Shown here piece after piece: positions 31,921-41,989 of a stretch of 64,000 bases of DNA; position 1 is the stretch's first letter, and each line of letters starts with the position of its first letter. The DNA lies in the NCBI GenBank assembly GCA_963813025.1, contig CAWEXO010000005.1, forward strand, positions 224,001 through 288,000, read 5' to 3'. Position numbers and translations under genes: made by a program. The notes beneath the pieces were generated by a model. The model searched no databases and had not been told where the DNA came from. It worked only from the letters and a program-made list of their open reading frames with translations. Source of the stretch: an uncultured Verrucomicrobiae bacterium (GTDB taxonomy: Bacteria; Verrucomicrobiota; Verrucomicrobiia; Chthoniobacterales; JAFAMB01).

Positions 31921-33189
31921 TTAGGCAGGGGTATGGCCTCTCCGAACTCCCACCAGCACGATCACGACGATCGCGCCGACAATGTCAAACAGCGCCAGGG
32001 CGGCAAAGAGCGGCCCATAACCAACGGTGTTTGCGAGTGCCCCAACGATCAGTGAAAACGTTAATCCGCCGGTCCAAGCTGCGGTACCCGTAAAGCCGTT
32101 GGCGGTGGCCACTTCATGAGCATCAAAGACATCGGCGCTAAGGGTGTTGAGCAGAGCGGAAATCATCTGATGGGCAAACCCCCCCATACAGAACAACGCA
32201 ATTGCCGTATAAGGGCTTGCGACCAGCCCAATCGATCCCGGGCCGATCATTAGAAGCGCTCCGAACACGATCCCCACAATCCGCGAATTGATAAGCTGCA
32301 CCTTGAAGATCTTCATGACCAAAGGCGACAGATAGCCACCGAATATTCCGCCGAGGTCAGCCGCCAGGAATGGTAGCCAGGCGAAGATCGCAATTTCTGT
32401 CAAATTCATGTGACGAACGGTAACCAGGTAGAGCGGAATCCAGAAATTGAAGGTTTGCCACGCCGGTTCTGCAAGGAAGCGTGGAATAGCAATTCCCCAG
32501 AACTTCTGAGAGGACAGGATTTTTCTTACTGGTGGAGGTTTTCTATTCGCAGTGTCTGCGGATTTATCCGGTTCTTGACCCTTCTGTATATATGAGCGTT
32601 CCCCGTCACCTAGCAACCATTGGTCCTTCGGCGAACGGTAGAACATCCACCACAGAGCAACCCAGATAAAACCGAGACCACCCGTCACAACGAAAGCCAT
32701 TTGCCACCCGTGCTGCAAAGAAATCCAGATCACTAACGGTGGCGCCAACAAAGCACCGAGCGAGGTGCCCGCATTGAAGTAGCCCACCGCCACCGAGCGT
32801 TCTTTTGCGGGAAACCATTCGGAGATCGCCTTGATCCCGGCCGGGATGGCGGCGGCCTCGCTTAAACCGAGCAAACCTCGAAAAACGGCGAGACCCAACC
32901 AGCCTCCTGCGAAGGCGTGCAATATATTGAACACAGACCAAGCAACTCCGAATAATGAAAACCCGAGTCTGAGCCCTAAGAAATCAAGCACAAAGCCGCA
33001 TACGGCCTGCATCACGGTATAACCAATCTGGAACGCGCCGATGATGTATGAATATTGCTGAGTCGTGAAATTCAACTTCGTCTGCAATTGCGGAGCTAGC
33101 ACGGCGAGCGAATTGCGCGCCAAATAATTAATAACGGTGCCAAGACATATCAACGCAACGATCCACCAACGAAATCCTTTAATTTTCAT
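31921..33189 (-). CDS. MFS transporter (ExuT/ACS family)
   Basis: RWWI...INYLARN, EWFPAKERS.A.G.FNAG, FWIPLYL; co-oriented with the GH31 gene. Confidence 0.9.
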   Translation of the reverse strand: MKIKGFRWWIVALICLGTVINYLARNSLAVLAPQLQTKLNFTTQQYSYIIGAFQIGYTVMQAVCGFVLDFLGLRLGFSLFGVAWSVFNILHAFAGGWLGLAVFRGLLGLSEAAAIPAGIKAISEWFPAKERSVAVGYFNAGTSLGALLAPPLVIWISLQHGWQMAFVVTGGLGFIWVALWWMFYRSPKDQWLLGDGERSYIQKGQEPDKSADTANRKPPPVRKILSSQKFWGIAIPRFLAEPAWQTFNFWIPLYLVTVRHMNLTEIAIFAWLPFLAADLGGIFGGYLSPLVMKIFKVQLINSRIVGIVFGALLMIGPGSIGLVASPYTAIALFCMGGFAHQMISALLNTLSADVFDAHEVATANGFTGTAAWTGGLTFSLIVGALANTVGYGPLFAALALFDIVGAIVVIVLVGVRRGHTPA

Positions 33190-33536
33190 AGTTCAGCTGA
33201 GCACAATTCCCAGTTGATATCTGCAGACCAAACGGTTTCTATAGATTCATCGCCTTGGGAAGATGCTGTAGCAATTCGCACAGAGGGCTCTAGAGCTTGA
33301 CCATCTGCCAACCCCGGGTCAAGACAAAGCGCAGCGAGAAGACTCTCCAATTCCTCAAGAGGTAGATCGAGTTTGAAAGGCCGTATCGGTGTATGCGCTC
33401 GACGTCTCCCAGTTGCCGAAGTTATCGACCACCAACTCAACGCTAATGTCGTCGGGGGTCCTTGCAGAAGAATGCGGTGCTCGCTCCGTGGTCCGCCGTG
33501 AGGACGGGTTCGATCCCCAGACCCTTAAGTCGTGCG

Positions 33537-33760
33537 GAGGTGACGGGGTATTAGAAACGAAGAGTCGGGTTAAGCCTTTGTCAGAGACTATTGCGACGTT
33601 GCGCACTTATTCCTGGTCAACAGCCGGGTTGCGCAATGGGCGCAGTTCGCCTGCGGGCTACCGTTTCCGGCACTGCGAATGAATACCGGCCCAGCATGTT
33701 GATGTGGTCGTGGATAAGCGGAGAAAGTCGACAACATCCGCCTCCCGACCTCGTGTCCCT
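33537..33760 (-). mobile_element. Tn3-family end: degenerate 38-bp IR plus tnpA C-terminal remnant
   Basis: GAGGTGACGGGGTATTAGAAACGAAGAGTCGGGTTAAG (33537-33574) shares its inner half with the IRs at 14999-15081; RLSPLIHDHINMLGRYSF upstream. Confidence 0.7.
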
Positions 33761-34150
33761 CCAACCGGCACCAGCGTTACCGTCGGGCTGCAGGCGCCTT
33801 CGGGCACGGCGTCGCTGACCGATAATGGTCGAACTTTCGCCAGCGTGAACAAGACTAATGGTCGGCAAGGCTACATTTATCGGGAGAACCTCGGACCCGG
33901 CGCGCATTCGACCCAGTTCGCTGGGCCCACAATTAAAGTCGCAAGCGTTCTAAGGCTTCTAGTGGAAATGGGAAACGGCTGCATTGCTTTGGGCGGGCCT
34001 TCCGGGAGAGGTTCGCTCAGAGAGGTGCGGACCTCCCCCCCGTCACTCTAGAAACTCCCGATAAACCCACGCGTCATCAGTCCTTGAGACCGATAACATC
34101 AGCCAACGGCTTCTAATATAAAATGGCGACGGGCCGAAGAATCCGGTTGC

Positions 34151-34179
34151 CTCTTCCCTACTCTTCCCTACTCTTCCCT
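34151..34179 (+). repeat. 10-bp tandem repeat, about 3 copies
   Basis: (CTCTTCCCTA)2 CTCTTCCCT. Confidence 0.8.
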
Positions 34180-34427
34180 TCCCCACCCTCCTATGGCACG
34201 GATGGCGTATCCACCCCAGTCTGCGATTTTAACTGAAATCGATACCTACTTTTTCAACCAAGAAATAAAGGCGGGTCTCGAATGAGCAGAGACTGAGTGG
34301 CCGGAGAAGCCCTAGGTTGCGATTCAGACGCTGCTCCAACCTGGAAGAGTTGAACAGCGCAAGCGTCGCGGCTATCTCAGATGGAGCGAAGCTTGCCGAA
34401 ATCTACCTAGCCGGATAAATTGCCGAC

Positions 34428-34601
34428 GTGAGCACAGTTACCGAGATCGAGGCCGCTATTGAGAGACTGGCACCAGACGAACTGCGCACACTGGTAAGCT
34501 GGATCGAAGAATACGCTGCCGCGATCGGCGCTTCTGAAACGCTGTTCGGAATGTACGACGCTGAGGAGGAGCAGAGCGGTGCCGAGAGCCAAGCGCGGTG
34601 A
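34428..34601 (+). CDS. Putative antitoxin (57 aa)
   Basis: GTG start, MSTVTEIEAAIERLAPDELR...; acidic; overlaps the toxin gene. Confidence 0.6.
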   Translation: MSTVTEIEAAIERLAPDELRTLVSWIEEYAAAIGASETLFGMYDAEEEQSGAESQAR

Positions 34602-34893
34602 GATCTGGATGGCCGATCTCGGCCTAGCTGCAAAAGTACGCCCCGTCCTGGTTTTAAGCGTCGCCTATGAGGGTCAGGAGCGGGCAATCGTCAGCTATGT
34701 CATCCGTACGACCAGCTTGCGCGATACTCAGTACGAAGTGCGTCACGAAACTCGTGGCATGCCGAACGGAGCATTCGACGCGCAAGGTCTCGGTTCGATA
34801 CCGGAGATCAAACTCGAAAGGCGAGTGGGGCTCGTCGACTCTGAGACGTTGGCTAAAGTGGAAACGGCCGTTCGAGCTTGGCTTAGGCTCTAG
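34579..34893 (+). CDS. mazF: PemK/MazF-family toxin
   Basis: RGEIWMADLG..AKVRPVLVLS...TT...VG.V. Confidence 0.85.
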   Translation: MPRAKRGEIWMADLGLAAKVRPVLVLSVAYEGQERAIVSYVIRTTSLRDTQYEVRHETRGMPNGAFDAQGLGSIPEIKLERRVGLVDSETLAKVETAVRAWLRL

Positions 34894-35038
34894 TCGCCCC
34901 GTTGATGGCCTCTTTCCCCATGCCTTAGATCTCGCGACATATGTTCCAACTACTTGTTCCCTAGCCACTTGCACAGGTACATGGGACTATCTCCACCACA
35001 CCTTAGGTATTCGAAACGCGGGTTATGACCGGCTAAAG

Positions 35039-35489
35039 CTAGGCTAGCCTACATTTGAATCTTGTCACTTTGCGAATTATTTGGCATAGAGTTTTGCTCA
35101 CTCGACGCAGCTGCGTCGCGTCAAAGTCCCGCCTCAACTCGATGCGCCGCCCCTTGGCCAATACCACCGCCATTGCGCATGGATTTTCACGATCCCCTGT
35201 GCCGCTCCCACCAATTACTTTGACTCGCACCAGCCTCTTGCGATCGCTTTGGATATCGCGAGGCTCGGTTCGTTCTCGCTTGAGTCCTCGCTGCAACGTG
35301 CTCAGCCTCATTCCGTGGATTCGGCAAAACTCGGCTCGTGATAGGCCACTGGTTCCAAACTCACCGACAAGCCGCTGGACCTCCTGCCGCGTGCGCCGCC
35401 GGCGCGGTTTAACTTCTTCGGGTTCCGTCATCCGCCCACTTCAACAAATTCCGCCGCCAAATGGTAGGTGCGGTTAGTAAGACGGATAC
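35039..35489 (-). mobile_element. IS66 left-end remnant with orfA (TnpA-like)
   Basis: Minus-strand terminus GTATCCGTC; LVGEFGTSGLSRAEFCRIHG...GRRIELRRDFD. Confidence 0.7.
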
Positions 35490-35491
35490 GG

Positions 35492-35868
35492 TGTAGCGGC
35501 CCCGCGAGCATAAATCATTTGGCCTGATACACCCGGTTCAACAAAGCGTTCGTTTTTCTGAAATCTCGGCAGACCACGTTTTTCCCTCCAAGACTGCCTT
35601 CTGACCCGTTCGAAATATTCGTTTCGAAAGAGAAAGTTTAGTTTATTCGAGCAAGATGAGTAAGCCGAACTCCATAGAGAGCCACCCAGAAGGAAAAGCG
35701 GCTATTCTCATTAATGTGGTCCAGCGCGGATATTCTCGGTCTGTTCTCAAACATTGTGGACCCATTCTCATTTAATGTGAGCCTGAGGACCTCCTTATTC
35801 TCAAATAATTTGGGCCAGAAACGATCGACGTTATCAAGCCAGACCGTTTATGTTCTCAAGCCGCTACA
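35492..35868. mobile_element. Non-autonomous 377-bp TGT...ACA element
   Basis: Left end TGTAGCGGCCCGCGAGCATAAA; right end (reverse complement) TGTAGCGGCTTGAGAACATAAA; internal TTCTCA..TAAT repeats. Confidence 0.6.
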
Positions 35869-35869
35869 G

Positions 35870-36232
35870 CTAGGAGAATGTTTTTCCGATGTCTGCCAGG
35901 TTCGTTGCCCAAACGAGTGTCGCGCGATCATTACACAGCACGTAATGAATGTCGGAACCACCCTCGCTGCGCGGAACAGCAAACCTCTTTACCCATGACG
36001 GGGTATGCGATGGTGCGTTCTTCTCATAAAAATGCTCACCGTAAACGCCTTCAGGATACCGTTTGAGGGTCAGCGGACGATTGCGCAAATGCGGCAGAAT
36101 CACTTCCGCAATGTCGGAGTAAAATGAGATGACCTCTCTCTTAGTAAAGCCACTCTCAGGGAAGTACACTTTCTCCAGATTCGAGATCGTCAGCTCCCGC
36201 CCTTCGAGTTCGATGTGGTGTTTTCCAGGCAT
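35870..36232 (-). pseudogene. ligD: LigD primase-polymerase domain, N-terminal fragment
   Basis: ISNLEKVYFP.SGFTK, ILPHLRNRPLTLKRYPEG...FYEKNAP; cut at the transposon end. Confidence 0.85.
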
Positions 36233-36715
36233 CTTTGAGGCGGAAATTGGTCGGCTTTTGCAAGGTGAAAGGCCGATTATCCGTCCGTATAAAACACTAA
36301 AGTCAGGTTAGTCCCGCTTCAGGCAAGAAAACATGCGCTTGGACTCATTTGATTTAAGCTCGCTCCGGGAAATCCCAGCGATCAGCTGACCCGGAGCAAC
36401 ATGCGCTCGATTAGAAACAGGAGCTTTTCTTGTTGGCGATCTGGCACGCTGATAGCGATGTTGCAAAAGGGCCTATCTTGCATCGCAATCATCTCCGGGC
36501 GGGCGGATGCATCGTGTGATGCGAGTCTCGCCGTCAGGCCTTTTCGGTGCGTAAGTCAGCTGACGAAGGCTCTTCCGTCCATGCGAGTTGGAAGTCCCTC
36601 TGAGCAATCGGAGCGACGCCGTTACCGTGCTTGGCAGGTTCTTTCCCACGGGGCACCTTGTCCTCCAAGGTCCGCAACCTCACATGTTATGAGGCGCTGG
36701 CCTTTAGACGGCTCT

Positions 36716-38102
36716 TCACACAATCTGGACCTCTGACACGGGCAGTCTGGAAAGCATGTCGCTGTGCTTTGGAGGGGGAACGGCCGCGCGCGCCACAAAA
36801 GTTTTATCCTGAAAATAGAGCGGTTGCCGGCCATAAATTGCCGGAAAACCGGCGCCGTATATGACCATATCCCCGGGTGCAACGATGAGTTCGTGTGTGT
36901 CTTTCTTCGGCCCGGGCATTCGGACACATTCGTCCGGCGTGAGGAGAGAGCGCTGCACCTCCTGCATCGTTGTAGAGACTTGCGTGCCGAGGCCTCGTCC
37001 CGATCGGGTCACTTGTTCTTTAATGATCGTGGTTTGGCCAGTGAGTTTCGAAAGGTGCTCGGCAGTTTCGACGCGATTGGCGGAAATGCTGTTTGCACGT
37101 GGCAATTCGAAGTAATGGTCTCATCGGGTCCATAGCCGGTTTCTCGGCTTTTCAGCTGATTAAGGTCCTGGCTGATCAGGTAACATTTGATTCCGTAGCC
37201 CGCGACAAAACGCCAGGCTTTCCTGCAGGATCTCCAGTTTCCCCAACGCAGGAAATTCGTCGACCATGGCCAGGAGTTTATGCTTGTACGAGGGTTTGGG
37301 TCGACCATTCTCAAACTGCATTCTGTCGGCCAACACTCGGACGATCATATTGACGACTATCCGCACCAGCGGCCGCAATCTGGCTTTGTCGTTGGGCTGG
37401 GTGATGATGTACAAACTCACCGGGTCAACGTAGTGCATGAGGTCGCGGATCCGGAAATCGCTCCGGCTCGTGTTTCTGGCGACCGTGGGATCGCGATAGA
37501 GGTCAAGATAAGTCTTGGCCGTTGAAAGGACTGATCCCGCTTCGTTCGGCGGCCGATCGATCATGTCTCTGGCCGAAGCCGAAACCCTTGCCACTGCGCG
37601 TCGGCGCGAAGCAAAGAACATGTTCCGGACCTCCGTGCCGAAGATATCGTGTTTTACCACTTTTATCGACCCACGCTCCGACATACACACCCTCGTTATC
37701 CAAGAGGCCGGCGGCCTTGATGTCTGCGAGGTCAGCCCACCTGGCGGAGCCGTGCAGGAACGGATTAACTCGGTAGTTCGCCCGGGCAACATCAAGTAAC
37801 AAAAGAAAGAAACAGCCGAGGGTCGTCAGTGAACCGATGCCGAAAGCCTGAGCGAACAGAGCATGATTACTCGGCTGTTCCCAGAGATGCGACCAGACGA
37901 AGTAATTCCAGGGCGGATAAAGATGGAACAGATTGAAACCGAGAGAAGGATGATAGTGGTAAGTGTTAGCCAGGAACTGCGTCGCCACGGCCGATCCAAG
38001 GATAATGGCGACGAGAAAGCGTAGCGCCCTTTTCCAATCTGGTTGAAGGCCCGGACGCCGGCGTTGGGGTTGGGGCCCAACCAGAGTGTTTCGTTTACTC
38101 AT
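36716..38102 (-). pseudogene. traG: Type IV coupling protein TraG/VirD4, decayed copy
   Basis: Homologous to 55440-57293; about 460 bp deleted after APTRSGKG, plus frameshifts. Confidence 0.9.
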
Positions 38103-39923
38103 CGCTCCAATCCTTGAGCGTGGGTTTGGATGACAACCGCAGGCGTTATCATCAGGGGAGTCTCGCGCGGCTGGCGAGCCAACGTGGCCGCTGTTGCTGC
38201 GTGATGGGCAACGCCAGGATCTCGGGGCCGCTGCGGACCAGGAGGAGATTTTGCCCATTGACCAGGCGAAACCCGACAAAGATCAATCGCCCGGCATCCG
38301 TTGGCTGCCAGAGACGATGAAGTGGTATATCACTGATAGGGTCACGTTTTGCGTTGCGCTCGGAGATATAATCGAGTGCGGCCTGGTTGAGCGGCTCTGG
38401 CGTCGCAGCTTGGGCGTCTCGTCGCGCTTGCTCGAGCGCGGGGTCCTCGAAGGACACTCCGAGATGATGCGTGCCGGCGACTCGCGCTATCCGGAGCTGA
38501 AAACCCTCGGACCCATGAGCATTAAGGCTATTACCGTATCCCTCCATCGCCCGATGAAGCAGCGCTACGATGACATCGTCACCGGCCGCCGTCGCGATGT
38601 GCAGACTTTCCCCATTATCCCTGATCTCATAGTCCCCAACTCTTTCGATCACAGTCCCCTGTTTGGTAACCTCGGCTTCGGAATCAGGCACGGGCGGTGG
38701 TTGCGGTGCGAGTCCGTGCGCGGATAGAGTCGTGGTTTGATCAGTGGTGCGGCGCCGGGCAGCGCGCAAGGCCTTGAGAGCATCTTGCCTTCCGCTGCTG
38801 GCTTGTTCCTGGAGCCAATCGATCCAAGTCAACCTGCGCGTCTCCGCCGCTAACAAGCGCCGCCCGTCGCGCGCCCGACGATTGATCGCTCGAAGCTCCT
38901 GCCGCAGTTCGGTTTTGATCGCGGCATAGCCGATACGGCGTGCCACCCCTTTCAACGTCATCTTCGCAAAGGCGCGTTTTGCTTGGGCGGCTGCTTTTGC
39001 CGCTGCTCCCTCCTGGGCTCGCGAGAGCGCGATTGTTTGGAATTTCGCTTCGCGCAGGGCGGCGCGCAGATCGCGTGTGCCTGATACTCTTCCCAGAGCC
39101 CAGCTGAGTCGATCTGCCAAAACGCCGGCCTTTTTTCGTAACCAGCTACTGCTTGGGTCGTGATGCCTTCTGCGCTGATGAAAGCCCCCAGCCTGGCCTC
39201 AAGTGCGGTCTTGCCGAGCTAACGATGGATCGCGCTGCCTTTGACGTGAACCTGGCCGCGCCGGTCACTAAACACAAATCCATTCGCACGTAAATCGAGT
39301 CGGACACCATGAGCCTCCGCTACACCGTGAAACTCCTCCCAACTGGTGGCGTCAATGAATCCTTGTGCAAAGCGCTGGAGCCAACTCTGAAACGATTCCT
39401 GACCTGACCTGGCGGTAATATCGTTGCCTCTTGATTGAGAGCGCTCGTGGCGATCCTGCGCCAAGCCGAGCTCGCATTCCAGGACAGCAGCCAACTTCGA
39501 TCGGGTTTTATAATCCGCGATCCGATCGTGGAGAGTAAATTTCTGCGGATGGATCTTATTGATCGCCACGTGGACGTGCACGTTATCGGTGTCGTGGTGC
39601 ACAACACTCACTCGCTGATGCTCGGCATAGCCTAGCTCGCTGCAGAAACGTTCTTCAATGATCCGCAATGTTTGAGCATCGGGATTTTCGCCGGCGCGCA
39701 ACGAAATCAAGAGATGGTATGTTCGATCAGATTTCGCGCGGGTGTTGAGTTGCTGGGTTGCGCCAATCTCGCGCACGGCCCAGCTGAGTTCGGTCGACAC
39801 ACAATTAGTAAGAGTAATCTCCCCCACCCTGGTTTTCTTGTTCTGGGAATCGACCAGGTAACGAATCAGTTTTCCGAACCGGCTCTTTTCAGGCGTCTTC
39901 AATGTGACCTTTTTAGAAATCAT
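38099..39923 (-). pseudogene. traI: MOBP relaxase TraI (IncP-like), frameshifted
   Basis: LIRYL catalytic Tyr, DRTYHLLISL, HUH motif VVHHDTDNVHVHVAINKIHP. Confidence 0.85.
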
Positions 39924-40117
39924 AGATCACCGAGTCGATCGCTCATTTGCTTTTGGAGCGCTCGAACCTGGTTAAGAACACCCTCGAGTTTGCGCTGCAA
40001 CGCCTGGCCGCTGTGCGACTCAAAACTCCTCTCATTTGTCAGCCACATCTTGATTAAACCTCCCAAACGTCCCATGTCCGCATTGATTTTGACCAAGTCG
40101 AGCACGGCCCGCAGCAA
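39920..40117 (-). pseudogene. traJ: TraJ-like relaxosome protein, C-terminal part
   Basis: LVKINADMGRLGGLIKMWL; ATGA overlap with traI. Confidence 0.75.
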
Positions 40118-40479
40118 ACACGGTAACTCTGCTCACTGTTTCCAGTGATAGACTACGGACCTCAGAACTCGAACCCAAAACAAGTGCCGCTGCAGGAGGC
40201 TCGCCGTTGCTGCGCTCCGTCATGCCCCCTCTTGCGGGTATATCTTGTTCGAGCTTCGCTCGTTGCAGCCCGAAGGAGGAAAGTGGGGGCTGCAACAAGC
40301 TCCGCTGTGGCGGATTCCCGTTTCACGAAGATTTGCTTCTCACCGATCACCTGTCACCCGACTCCGCCAGGCCTGCATCACGGTAAACCTTCTCGCTAGT
40401 CACGTTTGGCTACCGGAACTTTCTTGTTAGCTCTACTCTCTTCCTGCGCTTGGTAATACCAGCTGCTGCGGGCCACCCC

Positions 40480-40640
40480 GCATTGCTGCACGAGGCTCAT
40501 TTTGTCGGCTGGCTGCCGCCGCTGCTGGAGCGTAAAGCCCCGTAATTTTTTCTTTTAAGCCACTCCAGTTCCATTTGAGCCGTCCAATCTGCTCGAACAA
40601 TTCGCTCTCCTGACGTCTGAGTTCCTGGTCGGCCACCCGA
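40480..40640 (-). pseudogene. IS3-family transposase remnant
   Basis: ESELFEQIGRLK(MELEWL)K-type orfA tail. Confidence 0.5.
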
Positions 40641-41575
40641 ATCTCCCCGTCGAAAAATCCGGGGACGCGCCAGAAGACTTTAAAGTTTCTCGGTTCACCC
40701 TTAGCGCCCAAATTGTTTTCCGACGACCTCATGGGTGGACGGTTGACGACGACCTTTTCCGGTCGGCAGAAAACGCGCAAATCCGTTTCGGTCACGATTG
40801 ATTTACAGAACGGAAAAGTGATTCCGGCGATGGGAAAGCTCAAGAGGCCCCGAAGATTGAAGGGCACAAATGAAAACCGTCCTGACCCTCATATTGTTCG
40901 GTGCTTTTGTCTTAACCGGTGTTGCTCAGACACCTGCTGGCGCGGAAACGATCATTAGCGAGGTCGCCAAGAAAACCCCGTGCACCAGCTCAACCGCTCA
41001 GTTTGCCAGGCCGACTTCACCTACTCGATGGCGTTAAACGTCATCAAGATTCGGGATACCGGCAAAGGTGCCAAATCCCCTAGATAAAGTCTTGACGAAA
41101 AAGGGGTGTCGACTCCCCTCGCCTCCAGCTCACTAATCACAAGTGGCTAGATACCAGCTACTTACATATAGGGGATTGGGTCACTCTTCGAAGTGGGCTG
41201 GTAACAGGTCTCCTTAGCTGGTAACGTGGCCACAAACCTCGGGAAGAATGGATATCTTCCAGCTGGCTTTCAAGCCAATCAGGGCAATCGATCGCTGTTC
41301 CCAGCAAGCGAGTAGGTGGAATCAGCATCTCGTTACGCAGAAGTATCTCTACACCGGGACTGGGCAGGTTCAAACAGGTCCAATTACGCTCAATTCAACC
41401 GGGAGTGGATCGGGCGGACAACTTTCGGGCTAATTGTAATTAGCTCTAAGTAACCAAGTTTACTCCTTTCCGGTAGTCCTTGCTTTTTCGTGTTACATCC
41501 GGGGTGGTTTTGGCATTTGTTTCGATGTTAGTTTTCCGTCCCCTTCTGTTTAAATTGCAGAACGAAAGCCAACCC

Positions 41576-41980
41576 ATGCCAGAACATACGGCTGAATTGC
41601 CGGCCGGCCCCGTCGAGGGCGGCGGCGGACGCGTGCATCCTCCGCGTCCGGGAGTCGAGGAATTACCTGCAGGCCCAGTGTATGCCTTTGACCGCGAAGC
41701 GGTCACCGAATTGTTCCGTTTGCGCGACCGCGTACACGCGCTCGAATCCGAGCTGCTGATCATAAAATTTAATCCGCGATCGCCAAGACCCAATCCTCAC
41801 GAACTCCCGCCGATTCGAGATTTCATTCTCCATCGTCCAGGTCCTGGTGCCCCGAATGAACTTCCTCCAGCCGAATTCGGCGAGCTGACGCAGTATATCA
41901 GCGCGATCCTCGAACGGCTCAGTTCTATCGAGGCGAGCATCGCTGCTCTCGGGGCTTCGACGGGTGCCCAAGGACAATAG
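41576..41980 (+). CDS. Pro-rich hypothetical protein with four ELP repeats (134 aa)
   Basis: ELPAGPV twice, then HELPP and NELPP, plus two short amphipathic helical segments; 9 bp upstream of the next gene. Confidence 0.7.
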   Translation: MPEHTAELPAGPVEGGGGRVHPPRPGVEELPAGPVYAFDREAVTELFRLRDRVHALESELLIIKFNPRSPRPNPHELPPIRDFILHRPGPGAPNELPPAEFGELTQYISAILERLSSIEASIAALGASTGAQGQ

Positions 41981-41989
41981 AGCGGTCAT

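Noticed and set aside
33455..33525. GGGTTCGATCCCC resembling a tRNA T-arm
   Set aside because: Only a 3-bp stem; no acceptor, D or anticodon arms could be built.
13247..35873. GCTAG flanks both the TGT end at 13252 and the ACA end at 35868, suggesting one 22.6-kb transposon with a 5-bp duplication
   Set aside because: The two ends have different terminal and repeat sequences, and the DNA left of 13252 does not continue the ligD gene cut at 35869. Probably coincidence.
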